Source: an uncultured Gemmatimonadota bacterium (GTDB lineage: Bacteria; Blakebacterota; Blakebacteria; Blakebacterales; Blakebacteraceae). Taken from it: DNA of 64,000 nt. A model generated the notes under the pieces. The model was not told the origin of the DNA. It saw nothing but the letters and a program-made list of their open reading frames with translations, and did not search any database. Position 1 is the stretch's first letter. Every line of letters begins with the position of its first letter. The DNA is taken from the NCBI GenBank assembly GCA_964576115.1, contig CAZNUA010000006.1, forward strand, positions 1 to 64,000, read 5' to 3'. The position numbers were made by a program, and so were the translations under genes. Below are positions 30,686 to 40,914 of this stretch, one piece after another.

Positions 30686-31663
30686 TCAGCGTTCTCCCCC
30701 TGCCCTGTCTTCATTCAATCCGCCCGAACTCATGATGTGGCGGGCGACGGCGAAGGGATCGGTTTCGCCGGCGATGATCCGATCGAGTTCGGCGTCCAGT
30801 GACAGCTCGATACTCTCCTCGTCCCAGAGCCGTTCCATGATCGTTTCCTGAACGATTTCTTTGACATAGGCGGCCACCCGGCGCCGGCGCCGCCGCTGTC
30901 CCTCGCCGCTTGCCTCGAGCCAGGCCCGGTGTTCGGTGATGGCTCCGGCCAGTTCCTCGATCCCTTCACCCCGGTTGGCGATCGTCGTCAGCACGGCCGG
31001 CTGGCGGTCCCGGCCCTGGCGCAGGGCCAGGATCGACTCGAGTTCGAGTCTGAGTCCGGCCGCCCCGTCACGGTCGGCCTTGTTGATGACGAAGATGTCG
31101 CCGATCTCCATCAGACCGGCCTTCATGGCCTGGATGCCGTCGCCCGATTCGGGAACCAGGACGACGACCGTGGTGTCGGCGGCTTCGGCGATGTCGAGTT
31201 CGATCTGGCCCACCCCGACGGTCTCCACGATGACCCGGTCGACTCCGGTCGCGCCCAGGATGGTGATAACCTCCCGGGCCGCCCGGGCCAGACCGCCCCG
31301 GCTTCCCCGGGTAGCCATCGAACGAATGAACACCCCCGGGTCGGTGGCGATCGAACGCAGGCGGATCCGGTCGCCGAGCAGAGCCCCGCCGCTGAAGGGG
31401 CTGGAAGGGTCGACGCAGATCACACCGAGCTGTTCGTCGCGTTCGCGGGCGTGATGGGCCAACTGATCCACCAGGGTGCTCTTGCCCGCCCCCGATGGGC
31501 CGGTAATGCCGCAGATGAAAGCTCCATTGCCGGCTCCGAAGAGAGATGCAATGAGTTCCGCCTTGCCCGGCCGGGCATCCTCGACGATCGAAATCGCCCT
31601 GGCAGTAGCCCGCCGGTCGCCCGTTCTGATTCCGGTGATGATGTCCGCAATGATCGCCGGCAT
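30686..31663 (-). CDS. meaB: Mutase-associated GTPase chaperone MeaB/ArgK
   Basis: [41 protein letters not shown]. Confidence 0.95.
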   Translation of the reverse strand: MPAIIADIITGIRTGDRRATARAISIVEDARPGKAELIASLFGAGNGAFICGITGPSGAGKSTLVDQLAHHARERDEQLGVICVDPSSPFSGGALLGDRIRLRSIATDPGVFIRSMATRGSRGGLARAAREVITILGATGVDRVIVETVGVGQIELDIAEAADTTVVVLVPESGDGIQAMKAGLMEIGDIFVINKADRDGAAGLRLELESILALRQGRDRQPAVLTTIANRGEGIEELAGAITEHRAWLEASGEGQRRRRRRVAAYVKEIVQETIMERLWDEESIELSLDAELDRIIAGETDPFAVARHIMSSGGLNEDRAGGER

Positions 31664-31666
31664 GTC

Positions 31667-32434
31667 CTACCTGCTCTGCTGGTGATGCAGTTGGCGCAGT
31701 TTGGCGTACTTCACAAAGACGTATGCCCCCGACAGAGTCGCAAGCACGAGTCCGGGTACGCCGTCGACAAATCCGGCCCGGAACAGGTACATCTTCAGAA
31801 ATGTCCAGGGGGGGCGAAAGAGCAGATCGGCGAGTCGTGCCCGCCGGCCGCTCAGGCACAGATCCTGGGCGGCCAGGGTGGTGTAGCGATTGAACTTGTC
31901 CAGGTAGTGCGCCAGGGTGGGATCGGTGAGATGCAGCAATTCTCCCTCGAGCCGGGCCACCCGGCCGGTTACCTCGACACTCTCGTGGACCCGTTTCTCG
32001 ATCACCCGGTAGGCGCTGCGGCGGAACAGTCGCAGCACGCTGTCACGCCCCCAGCCGCCCCCGCGCATCCAGCGGCCGAGAAAATTGGCCCGCCGGTCGA
32101 CCAGGTAGCCGGCGGGTCCGTCACCGGCTGCTACCGCTTCGGCGACGGCTGCCCACAATCGCGGCGTGACTCTCTCGTCGGCGTCGAGCCAGAAGATCCA
32201 TTCTTTTTCCGCCTGCGCGAAGGCCGCCCGACGGGTCGGGCCGAAGCCCTCCCAGGGCAGGGCTATCACCCGGGCGCCGGCCTCCGCAGCCCGCGTCACG
32301 GTATCGTCCCGCGAACCGGTATCGGCCACGATGATTTCGCCGGCACCGGGGACCGAGCCGAGACAATCCGCGATATCGGACGCGGCTTCGCGGGTCATGA
32401 CGATCACACTGATTCGGGCGTGTGCGTCTGGCAT
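31667..32434 (-). CDS. Glycosyltransferase family 2 (WaaE/KdtX-like)
   Basis: DTGSRDDT, WEGFG, WIFWLDADE, VHE, KFNRYTTL, GFVDG. Confidence 0.9.
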   Translation of the reverse strand: MPDAHARISVIVMTREAASDIADCLGSVPGAGEIIVADTGSRDDTVTRAAEAGARVIALPWEGFGPTRRAAFAQAEKEWIFWLDADERVTPRLWAAVAEAVAAGDGPAGYLVDRRANFLGRWMRGGGWGRDSVLRLFRRSAYRVIEKRVHESVEVTGRVARLEGELLHLTDPTLAHYLDKFNRYTTLAAQDLCLSGRRARLADLLFRPPWTFLKMYLFRAGFVDGVPGLVLATLSGAYVFVKYAKLRQLHHQQSR

Positions 32435-32466
32435 CGGGCCTCCTGATAGGCAATATCCCTCGGGTT

Positions 32467-32496
32467 AAGATACGTCTGCGGCCGGCTCCGGTTCAA
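32467..32496 (-). promoter_or_regulatory. Putative sigma-70 promoter upstream of the GT2-meaB-mutase genes
   Basis: TTGAAC-N18-TATCTT in a 130-nt intergenic gap. Confidence 0.4.
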
Positions 32497-32564
32497 TGAC
32501 TGCCTCCGGGCGCCGGGGGCGCGATGCAGGTTGCCGGCGTCCCGATCCTGAAGACCGGAACCAA

Positions 32565-33686
32565 TCAGCGGCCGGCGATCTGCTCCAGGGCGTATTCGAA
32601 ACGTTCGACCGCCCGCACGGGATCGAATCGGGCGCCGAGCCGTTCGGTTGCGGCCTGGCTGAGCCGCTCGCGCAGTCCGGATACGGCCAGCAGGCGACCG
32701 ATGGCGCCGGCCAGGGCATCGGGCTCGCCGGGGGGGACCAGCAGGCCGCTCTCGTTATCCTGGAGAACTTCATCTAAAGCACCTATCCGTGTGGCTGCGA
32801 TGGGGATGGCTTCAGCCATGTACTCCAGGGCTACCCGGCAGACAGCCTCGCTCCCGGCGGAATGAATGACCCCGATATCAGCCGCCGACACCAACGCCCG
32901 GCCCGTGTCGAGCCGCTCATCCCATATCGTGACTCGACCGTCGAGTGCGCGATATCGGGACGCCAGCGACCTGATCCGGTCGGTTGTGTATTCGGCCGGA
33001 TAGCCGGCGGCCAGAAAGTGGACGTCACCGAAACGCTCGGCCACGGCAGCCGCGGCGGCGAAGAAGGTAGGATGATCTTTCTGCGGTGCGAAGCGGGCGA
33101 TAGAGGCGACCAGAAGTGTGGTGGGATCGATACCGCAGACAGCGCGGATCGCGGGGTCCCCGGCAGGCTGGTTCCGCCAACCGGTCGGATCGAAACCGGG
33201 AGGCAGGCGCCAGACGCGTCCGGGTTCGACTCTGCAGCGGCGGACATAGTCGCGGCGCTGGTGCTCGTTGGCCACGATGAAGGCCGACGTGGCCCATTGG
33301 TTGAGCCAGAGAGCGAACGGATGCCGGGCCGGCGGGCGGGGGTCGTGAGAGCGCACCCGCACCAGCGGCGGCCCCGAACGCTCCCCCGCCAGAGCCCACC
33401 AGAGCTGATCGGGACCGGCATGGGCCAGGATCAGGTCGGGTTCGATCCCGGCGGCGAGACGGCGAAGCCCGGTCGCGACGGCGCGCAGGCGCCGGGGCGA
33501 GAACCGGCGCAGGTCGGGTTCGGTCCGGACCTCGAAGCCTTCACTCCGGGCCCGATCGGCGGTGCGACCGTCGGGGACGAGGAAAAAGACATCGTGCCCC
33601 CGTTCCGCCAGGCCCCGCATCATCTCGAGGGCATACCAGGACGCCGCGCTCCAACCGTGCAGACAGGTGCTGTTCAGGATTTTCAC
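32565..33686 (-). CDS. Glycosyltransferase family 4
   Basis: ARFAPQKDH, SEAVCRVALEYMA, SGLLVPPGEPDALA. The GTG start overlaps the GT9 stop (GTGA). Confidence 0.88.
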   Translation of the reverse strand: MKILNSTCLHGWSAASWYALEMMRGLAERGHDVFFLVPDGRTADRARSEGFEVRTEPDLRRFSPRRLRAVATGLRRLAAGIEPDLILAHAGPDQLWWALAGERSGPPLVRVRSHDPRPPARHPFALWLNQWATSAFIVANEHQRRDYVRRCRVEPGRVWRLPPGFDPTGWRNQPAGDPAIRAVCGIDPTTLLVASIARFAPQKDHPTFFAAAAAVAERFGDVHFLAAGYPAEYTTDRIRSLASRYRALDGRVTIWDERLDTGRALVSAADIGVIHSAGSEAVCRVALEYMAEAIPIAATRIGALDEVLQDNESGLLVPPGEPDALAGAIGRLLAVSGLRERLSQAATERLGARFDPVRAVERFEYALEQIAGR

Positions 33687-34804
33687 GGCTGCCCGGGATC
33701 CCCCCCCTCCCCGACTGCGCCCTCTTCCCGGAACCGTTCCGCGACCTGACCGGCGAAAGCTTCCACAACCCGTTCCTCGCCGTTGACCGGGGTGACGAGA
33801 ACGATGCGGTGTTCCGGACCGCGGGGGCCGTAGCGTACCCAGGTTTTTTCCAGAAAGACCGCCGTGGTCGGAATCCCGAGGGCCGCCGCGACATGCAGCG
33901 GGCCGGTGTCGGGGCTGATGAAAAAATCGCAGTGCGCCACCAGAGCCATCATCGAACGCAGGTCGAGGTCGTCGAAGAGGGCTATGCGTGGGCCCAGGTT
34001 CGTCCGCAGGTACTCCGCCTCGGCTTCCTCGCCCGGACCACAGAGAACCGCCAGCCCCACCTCGTAGAGTTCCAGAATGGTGGCGATCACCCGTTCCCAC
34101 CGTTCGATCGGCCAGCGCTTGCGCCCCCGCCCCCCGATATGGATGCCGACCACGACTCCCTCTCCGCCGGGGATCCGGCCGTAGCGCAGATCGCGCCCCC
34201 CGGCCCGTTCCTCCTCACTGAGGTGCAGCCGCAGCTCAGCGTCGGGCAGCTCTGGGGTGAAGGGGCGCAGCAGGTTGAGCAGAATGTCGGCTTCGTGATG
34301 TTCGGCCCGAAGCGGTTCGACGAGCAGGTTGCAGAACGCACCGGCGTTTTCGCGGTCGTAGGCCACCCGGATCGGGGCGGCCGAGAAATGCGCCAGCCCG
34401 GCTCCGGTCAGGCTGAAGGAGTGCATGTGGGACGCGTCGACGGCCAGATCGAAACGATGCCGTCTCAAGGCGCGCACGAACCGGAACAGGAGCCAGGGAT
34501 TGCGGAGGATCCGGCGCTTTTCGAGGATCCAGAGCCGGTCGACCTCCGGTTCCTCCTGGTAAAGCGCGGCGAATTTCGGTCCCAGCAGGACGCTTATTTC
34601 AGTTTCGGGCCAGAGCCTGCGGATGCCAGCCAGAAGAGGTTTCATGAGCACCAGGTTGCCGATCCGGTCGTCGGCCCGGATGACCAGAACCCGCTCGGGA
34701 TCCCGGTCCATTGCTTCCCAGGCTTCTCCTCCGCGCGCCGGCAGCAGCCGGCAGACCAGCGCGGTCAGCAGTCGGCGGCCGGCGAGTTCGAAGCCCCCGG
34801 CCAT
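33683..34804 (-). CDS. Glycosyltransferase family 9 (heptosyltransferase-like)
   Basis: VLVIRADDRIGNLV, KRWP, FISPDTGPLHVAAALGIPT. Confidence 0.92.
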   Translation of the reverse strand: MAGGFELAGRRLLTALVCRLLPARGGEAWEAMDRDPERVLVIRADDRIGNLVLMKPLLAGIRRLWPETEISVLLGPKFAALYQEEPEVDRLWILEKRRILRNPWLLFRFVRALRRHRFDLAVDASHMHSFSLTGAGLAHFSAAPIRVAYDRENAGAFCNLLVEPLRAEHHEADILLNLLRPFTPELPDAELRLHLSEEERAGGRDLRYGRIPGGEGVVVGIHIGGRGRKRWPIERWERVIATILELYEVGLAVLCGPGEEAEAEYLRTNLGPRIALFDDLDLRSMMALVAHCDFFISPDTGPLHVAAALGIPTTAVFLEKTWVRYGPRGPEHRIVLVTPVNGEERVVEAFAGQVAERFREEGAVGEGGDPGQP

Positions 34805-36690
34805 CAGTCCCGGTGCTGGAACTGCAAGGTGTACAGGCGGTGATAAAGACCCTCTTCGTCAGTCATCAGTTCGTCGTGACTGCCCTCCTGGATAATCCGC
34901 CCGGCGTCGAGAACCACGATCCGATCGGACCGCTTGACGGTCGAAAGGCGGTGGGCGATCACCAGAGTGGTCCGCTCGCTCATGAGGCGTTCGAGAGCTT
35001 CCTGCACCAGCATCTCGCTCTCGGTATCCAGGCTCGAGGTAGCCTCGTCGAAGATCAGGATCGGCGGATTCTTCATGACGGCCCGGGCGATCGCCAGGCG
35101 CTGGCGCTGACCGCCCGAGAGCCGTACGCCCCGGTCCCCCAGCAGGGTGTCGTACCCGTCGGGCAGAGCGGTGATGAAATCGTGGGCGTTGGCGGTCCGG
35201 GCGGCGGATTCGACCTCCTCGAGCCGGTAGTCCTCGAGACCGTAGGCGATATTGGCCGCCGCGGTGTCGTTGAAGAGGATCGTCTCCTGGGTCACCACGC
35301 CGATCAGCTGGCGCAGGCTCTCGACCGTGATCAGACGCAGATCCCGTCCGTCGAGCAGGATCCGGCCTTCGACCGGATCGAAGAACCGGGGCAGCAGGTC
35401 GGCCATGGTGCTCTTGCCAACCCCGCTCGGCCCCACCAGGGCCACCACTTCGCCCCGGCGCAGGGTCAGGGAGATGTCCTGCAGAACCGGAACATCCGGT
35501 TCGTACGCGAATCCGACCCCGCGGTATTCGATCTGATCGGTGAAAGCGGCAACCGGACGGGCGGCGGGACTATCGGTGATCCCCGGCGGGGTGTCCATGA
35601 CCTCGAAGACGCGTTCGGCCGCCGCCAGCCCCTTCTGCAGTTTGCCGTAGGCTTTGCCGATCTCGCGCAGGGGGTGGAACATGCTGAAGAGAACCAGCAG
35701 GAAGGTCAGGAATTCGTCGGCCGAAAGGACCGCCGAGCCGCCCAGAACCTCCATCCCGCCCAGATAGAGTATCCCCACCCCGACAAAGGTGGCGGCCAGT
35801 TCGCTGGCCGGAGCGGCCATCTTGCTCACCCGGGCCAGCCGCAGAGCCCGCTGGAAATAGGCTCGGGCCGCGTCGGCGAACCGGCCGGTCTCGAAATCCT
35901 CCATGGCGAAAGCCTTGACGACCCTGATTCCGCCGAGGGTCTCGTTCAGAACCGCGGTCAGGTTTCCCATCTCGGTCTGCAGGCGGCCGGTCCGCCGGAA
36001 CAGGCTCTGTCCGATCCGGGCGATGACATACGCGGTCAGCGGCAGCACCAGCAGGCTCACCAGAGTCAGCCAGGGACTGATCACCAGGGCCATGGCGAGG
36101 AAGACCAGGACCGACAGGGGATGCTTGAGCATGTCGACCAGAACCGATGTGGCCGATTGATTGACCAGTTCGACATCGCTCGTCACCCGGGCCATGAGCA
36201 CGCCGGTCCGGCTGGTGTGAAAGAAACCGAGCGAGAGCCGGCACATCCGTCGGAACAGATCGACCCGCAGGTCGCGGATCAGGCCGTGCTGGGCGACCGC
36301 CATCATGTAACCCTGCAGGTAGGCGAAGACGTTCTTGGCGATGACGATCAACAGGTAGATCAGGCAGAGTCTGATGAGAGTTCCGCGCCGGGTGGGAGCC
36401 GCGATGAGATTTCGGGTGGCGGCTTTGAGTCGATCTTTCAGGAGCTCGACCGATTCGGTCCCCTGCAGTGCTTCCGTGAGTTCGCCGGCTGGTAAGGCGG
36501 CCGTCTCTGAAGCCCCGGCCGAAGCCCCGGCGATGACCTGCTCGGGTTCGAAGAGGGTCTCGAGGGTGGGCATGAGCATCCACACCATGAGCCCGGAGAA
36601 GAGGGTGAAGAAGAGGGTGCAGACGACCGAAGCGCCCAGGTAGGTCTGGTAGGGCCGCAGATAACTCAGGACGCGCCGGAAGGTGCGCAC
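34804..36690 (-). CDS. ABC transporter permease/ATPase, MsbA-like
   Basis: TM domain plus GPSGVGKST, LSGGQRQR, FDEATSSLD, IAHRLST. The likely start is GTG 36690. It lies next to LPS-type glycosyltransferases. Confidence 0.9.
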   Translation of the reverse strand: MRTFRRVLSYLRPYQTYLGASVVCTLFFTLFSGLMVWMLMPTLETLFEPEQVIAGASAGASETAALPAGELTEALQGTESVELLKDRLKAATRNLIAAPTRRGTLIRLCLIYLLIVIAKNVFAYLQGYMMAVAQHGLIRDLRVDLFRRMCRLSLGFFHTSRTGVLMARVTSDVELVNQSATSVLVDMLKHPLSVLVFLAMALVISPWLTLVSLLVLPLTAYVIARIGQSLFRRTGRLQTEMGNLTAVLNETLGGIRVVKAFAMEDFETGRFADAARAYFQRALRLARVSKMAAPASELAATFVGVGILYLGGMEVLGGSAVLSADEFLTFLLVLFSMFHPLREIGKAYGKLQKGLAAAERVFEVMDTPPGITDSPAARPVAAFTDQIEYRGVGFAYEPDVPVLQDISLTLRRGEVVALVGPSGVGKSTMADLLPRFFDPVEGRILLDGRDLRLITVESLRQLIGVVTQETILFNDTAAANIAYGLEDYRLEEVESAARTANAHDFITALPDGYDTLLGDRGVRLSGGQRQRLAIARAVMKNPPILIFDEATSSLDTESEMLVQEALERLMSERTTLVIAHRLSTVKRSDRIVVLDAGRIIQEGSHDELMTDEEGLYHRLYTLQFQHRD

Positions 36691-36754
36691 GCGGGTTCCT
36701 TTCGGTTCGGTGAGAACGACCCGGTTACTACGACAGGCTCCTGGTGTCCTGTCA

Positions 36755-37744
36755 CTAGTGCCTGCGTTCGAGAATGAACTCCATGATCTGCTCGACGGCG
36801 TCCCGGGTCTGACCCCGCGGGAGCAAATCGAGGTGCTGCCGGGCTCGCTCGATATGCCGACGGGCGGCTTCGACGGCATATTCGATGCCGCCGTAGCGGT
36901 GCACGAACTCGAGAATCTCGGGCCAGGTGCGGTCCACGTCCCCCTCGGTAAGCAGGATCGAGAGACGCTCCCGGTCGGCCCCTTCAGCCATCCGCTGGGC
37001 ATAGATGATCGGCAGGGTGATCTTACCCTCACGCAGATCGAATCCGCCAGTGGGTTTGCCGGTTACATCGGATTGCCCCTCGTAATCGAGCAGGTCGTCG
37101 GTGAGCTGGAAGGCGGTACCGATCGCCTCGCCGAAGCGTCGGTATCGTTCCGCGGTGGTGTCGGCCGCACCGCAGAGTACGCCGGCGATCTCGGTCGTGG
37201 CCGCGAAGAGACTGGAGGTCTTGCCCCGGATGATCTGGAAATAGAGTTCTTCGTTTGTGGCCGGCTGGTGACGTACGTCGATCCCGAGCAGTTCGCCCTG
37301 GCTCAGGCGGTCGATCGCCACCGCGAAGATCGGAGTCAGGCGGGGATTCCCGGTCTCGAGCAACAGATTGAGAGCCCGGGCGAAAATGAAATCCCCCATC
37401 AGCACCGAGGTGTTTTCGCCCCAGACGGCGTTGAGGGTTTCCACCCCTCGGCGCAGGTCGGAATCGTCGATAACGTCGTCGTGCACAAGGCTGGCGGTGT
37501 GCAGCATCTCGATGGCTGCGGCGGCGTAGATAGGGGCCGGGCCCGAACAGCGGTGCGCCCGGCAGATCATCAGCAACAAAGCCGGGCGGATGCGCTTGCC
37601 GCGCATCTGATGCAGGTGGGTCGCCATCATCTTCACCAGCGGCACTTCGCTGGCGAGCGATCGCTCGAGATGGGCATCGACCTGCGCCAGGCGGTCTTCT
37701 ATCGGTGCGAGCAGCGATTCGGCTGTGGTTCGGTCGGCGGGCAT
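36755..37744 (-). CDS. Polyprenyl diphosphate synthase (IspB/HepT-like)
   Basis: GKRIRP, SLVHDDVIDDSDLRRG, FQLTDDLLD, GKITLP. Confidence 0.94.
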   Translation of the reverse strand: MPADRTTAESLLAPIEDRLAQVDAHLERSLASEVPLVKMMATHLHQMRGKRIRPALLLMICRAHRCSGPAPIYAAAAIEMLHTASLVHDDVIDDSDLRRGVETLNAVWGENTSVLMGDFIFARALNLLLETGNPRLTPIFAVAIDRLSQGELLGIDVRHQPATNEELYFQIIRGKTSSLFAATTEIAGVLCGAADTTAERYRRFGEAIGTAFQLTDDLLDYEGQSDVTGKPTGGFDLREGKITLPIIYAQRMAEGADRERLSILLTEGDVDRTWPEILEFVHRYGGIEYAVEAARRHIERARQHLDLLPRGQTRDAVEQIMEFILERRH

Positions 37745-37876
37745 GATCTCTCGGATCGGGACGTCTCAGCAGGCACTGGTGCCCATCCGGCGTTTCCGGA
37801 TGGCCACTAATGAGGGCCACCGCCGGCATTGTGTCAACTGCAAGCGGCCCGCCGGGGATCCGCTGGGCAGACCGTC

Positions 37877-38647
37877 TCAGGTCGCGGTCAGGGCGGTACT
37901 CTTCCGCTTGCCCATCCCGGCCACGAAAATGCTGATCTCGTACAGCAGCACCAGGGGCAGGAGGAGCATGATCATGGTGGCCGGATCGGGGGGGGTGATG
38001 GCGGCCGAGAGAGCGGCGATGATAAAGATGGCATACGGACGGGACCGGCGCATCAGGGCCGGAGTAACGACTCCGATCCGGGCCAGGAAGAACGAGATGA
38101 CCGGCAGTTCGAAGACCACCCCGAAAGCGAGGATCATCCGCATCGCAAAAGCCAGGTATTCCTTGATCTCGAGCTGGGGACGGGCCATCTCCGAGCCGAA
38201 GGTCAGAAAGAACCGCAGAGCATAAGGCAGGACCACGAAGTAGGCCATGGCGGTCCCGGCCAGGAAACAGAGAACGGTGATACCCAGCAGGGCGGGAATC
38301 ATCCGCCGCTCCTTGTGGAACAGACCGGGAATGACGAAACGCCAGATCTCGAAGGCGATATAGGGCAGAGCCAACAGCACCGCCGACCAGAGACTGACCG
38401 TGACCATGGCCATGAAATTGCCGGCGGGTTTGAGATAGATCAGCTCGAGCTGGGGAAACTGGGTGTGCAGGGGACGGATCAGGATCTCCTCGAAAATCCA
38501 GCCCGAGATGGGGAAGATGGCAATGGCTGCGATACCCAGAGCGGCCAGCGAGCGAATCAGAACCCAACGGAACTCCTCGAGGTGATCGAGAAAGCCCATC
38601 TCCTTCGGGTCGTATTCGGCGCCCTTCTTCTTTCGTTTGCCAATCAC
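37877..38647 (-). CDS. tatC: Twin-arginine translocase subunit TatC
   Basis: EMGFLDHLEEFR, WRFVIPGL, FELPV, ITPPD, LYEISI. The GTG start overlaps the holA stop. Confidence 0.95.
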   Translation of the reverse strand: MIGKRKKKGAEYDPKEMGFLDHLEEFRWVLIRSLAALGIAAIAIFPISGWIFEEILIRPLHTQFPQLELIYLKPAGNFMAMVTVSLWSAVLLALPYIAFEIWRFVIPGLFHKERRMIPALLGITVLCFLAGTAMAYFVVLPYALRFFLTFGSEMARPQLEIKEYLAFAMRMILAFGVVFELPVISFFLARIGVVTPALMRRSRPYAIFIIAALSAAITPPDPATMIMLLLPLVLLYEISIFVAGMGKRKSTALTAT

Positions 38648-39657
38648 TCTCCGGTACCGTCTCCGCGATCGCGCTGCTGCTCCAGAGCCAGGGTGACGAG
38701 CAGCTGTTCGAGAAGCAGTTTCTGCTGCCGCGACCGGCTCTTGAGACCGCGATCGCACTCCTTGAGAGCCCCCAGCATCCGCGGGAAGGCATCGAGCGGT
38801 ATCCGCCGGGCGGCGGCAAAAGTCTCTCTGGCGGCGAACTTCCTGATTCCCACCTCCTGGATGACGGCTTTCTCGGCCCTGCCGGCGTCGAGCAACAGGG
38901 CTACCTGCCAGACCTCCAGACAATAGCGTGTCAGAACCGAAACGAGGAAGACCGGATTCTCACCCGCCGTCAGGAGCCTCTCGAGCAACACCTGGGCAGC
39001 GGCGGTGTCGCCCCCGAGCAGACGGCGCGGCAGATCCCAGGGCGACTCTCCCCGGCGTCGGCCCACCATGGCTTCGATCTGATCCGCCGTCACCGTCACG
39101 CCGGGCCCCACATACAGGGACAGCTTGACCAGTTCGCTGTCCAACTGGCCCAGATCGTCGCCGACGAGTTCGACCAGGGCGACGGCGGCCTGCCGGTGGA
39201 TATCGATCCCCTTCTGACCGGCCCGATCCACGATCCAGCCGTCGATCTCCCACGGTCGGGGAGCGGGGAACTCGAGCACCTGACCGGAGGGTTCGTCGTC
39301 GAGAGCTCTGAGAAGCTTGTACGGTTTCCGGCGCCGGTCCAGACCGGGCGCGACGAGTGCCAGGGTAGTCAGGCCGTCCTTGAGTCGGGCCAGCCGCAGA
39401 GCGGCGGCGGCGATTTCTTCCTGCTGGTCGGGAGAAAATCCGCCCATGTCGCGCACCACAACGACACGGCGGCCCTCCCCGAGAGGGTTGCGCCGGGCGG
39501 CTTCTTCGATCTCAGCCGGAGCGGCGTCGCCGGGCGAGAACTGATCGAGGTTGAAGTCGCGGAAGGCTTCGGGTACGGCCTCGCCGATGAGGTCCCCGAC
39601 CCGGGACCGCATCGTCACCTCGTCCTCTCCGAGGAAGGCATAGACGGCTTTGAACAT
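38644..39657 (-). CDS. holA: DNA polymerase III subunit delta
   Basis: VYAFLGED, DFNLDQF, RRVVVVR, LVELVGDDL...ELVKLSLY, DRGLKS. Confidence 0.88.
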   Translation of the reverse strand: MFKAVYAFLGEDEVTMRSRVGDLIGEAVPEAFRDFNLDQFSPGDAAPAEIEEAARRNPLGEGRRVVVVRDMGGFSPDQQEEIAAAALRLARLKDGLTTLALVAPGLDRRRKPYKLLRALDDEPSGQVLEFPAPRPWEIDGWIVDRAGQKGIDIHRQAAVALVELVGDDLGQLDSELVKLSLYVGPGVTVTADQIEAMVGRRRGESPWDLPRRLLGGDTAAAQVLLERLLTAGENPVFLVSVLTRYCLEVWQVALLLDAGRAEKAVIQEVGIRKFAARETFAAARRIPLDAFPRMLGALKECDRGLKSRSRQQKLLLEQLLVTLALEQQRDRGDGTGE

Positions 39658-39664
39658 GGGCGCC

Positions 39665-39693
39665 AAACTAGCCTGCGCCGCCGGGGGTGTCAA
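39665..39693 (-). promoter_or_regulatory. Sigma-70 promoter of holA (probably leaderless)
   Basis: TTGACA-N17-TAGTTT, then 7 nt, then the ATG. No SD sequence is present. Confidence 0.65.
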
Positions 39694-39780
39694 CGTACCG
39701 GATGGCTCCTCGTCTTCTGCCCCAACGGTTACAGGTTCGGTGTTGTTCTCCCCGCCCCCGGTGGATAGGCTGTCGACACC

Positions 39781-40914
39781 ATGCCCCTGATCCTGATCAT
39801 ATCCGGTCTGCTGTACGCCCTGGCTGTCTTTCGCCTGATGAACGGTCTCGAGCGGGCCCGTCTGGTCTTCGAGACCGCCCGGTCGGCCGGGGCCGGCGGT
39901 GCGCTCCCCGAACTGGGGATCGTCATCGCCGCCCGCAACGAAGCGGATTCGCTGCCGGCCCTGCTGGCCGCCCTCGAGGCCCAGGATTATCCCGCCGGCC
40001 GTCTCACGATCGTCCTGGTCGACGACGGCAGCAGCGACGGCACCTCCGACACGGCGGACCGTCTGGCCCCGACCCGGCATGGCTTCCGCTGCCTTCGGGT
40101 TGATCTCGATCCCGAGCAGGGATCGCCCAAAAAAGCCGCGCTGGCAGCCGGTATCGACGCCGTGCAGGCCCCGTTTGTTCTGCTCACCGATGCCGACACG
40201 GTCCCGCCCCCCGGCTGGGCCCGGGGCATGGCCGCCGCCCTGGCCGGCGGCTGTCCGGTCGTGGCCGGCTATTCACCGGGTGCGCCCCGGCGCGGTCTCG
40301 TCGGTTGGATCGCCGGCGCCTGGGATCTGGGGACCGCCATTCTGGCCGGCGGTTTCGTCGGTTCGGGGCAGGTCGTGCATCTGACCGGACGGAACTGGGG
40401 TTTCGCGCGGTCTCTGTACGCCGCTGCCGGCGGGTATGACGGTCTGGAGCGCGCCCTGAGCGGCGACGACACCCTGCTGGCCCAGAAATTCGCCCGTCAC
40501 GCCCCACCCCGTTTCTGGGGCTTCACCCTCGCACCCGAGCTGCAGGTTCCGACCCGCCCCCCCGCCGGAATGAAGCAATTTCTGTCCGGTCAGCTGCGAC
40601 ATGTCGCCACCGGTATCCGCTTCACCCCGCGGGCATTGAGCCTGGCCGCCGGGGCTTTCGTTCTCTTCTCCCTGCTCTGGCTGGCACTGGTCACCCTGCC
40701 CTGGAGTCCCTGGGGAGCCGCGGGAGGAATCGCCGTCGGGCTCAAGCTCGTGACCGATACCGTCGCCTTCGCCGTCGGATCGGCAGCGGCCGGGCAGCGC
40801 CCGGCCCCGATTTCAAGCCCGGTCTTCAGCCTGCTCCACCTGCTCTGTTTTCCCCTGCTGCAGCTGGCGGGCATCCTGTTGCCCTTCAACTGGAAGGGGC
40901 GGCGCAGTCGATGA
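39781..40914 (+). CDS. Membrane-bound glycosyltransferase family 2
   Basis: IAARNEA, VDDGSSDGT, KKAAL, TDADT, SGDD, QLRH, with N- and C-terminal TM helices. Confidence 0.9.
   Translation: MPLILIISGLLYALAVFRLMNGLERARLVFETARSAGAGGALPELGIVIAARNEADSLPALLAALEAQDYPAGRLTIVLVDDGSSDGTSDTADRLAPTRHGFRCLRVDLDPEQGSPKKAALAAGIDAVQAPFVLLTDADTVPPPGWARGMAAALAGGCPVVAGYSPGAPRRGLVGWIAGAWDLGTAILAGGFVGSGQVVHLTGRNWGFARSLYAAAGGYDGLERALSGDDTLLAQKFARHAPPRFWGFTLAPELQVPTRPPAGMKQFLSGQLRHVATGIRFTPRALSLAAGAFVLFSLLWLALVTLPWSPWGAAGGIAVGLKLVTDTVAFAVGSAAAGQRPAPISSPVFSLLHLLCFPLLQLAGILLPFNWKGRRSR

Noticed and set aside
37809-37837. Promoter upstream of the polyprenyl synthase (TTGACA on the minus strand)
   Set aside because: There is no convincing -10 hexamer at 16-18 nt spacing.
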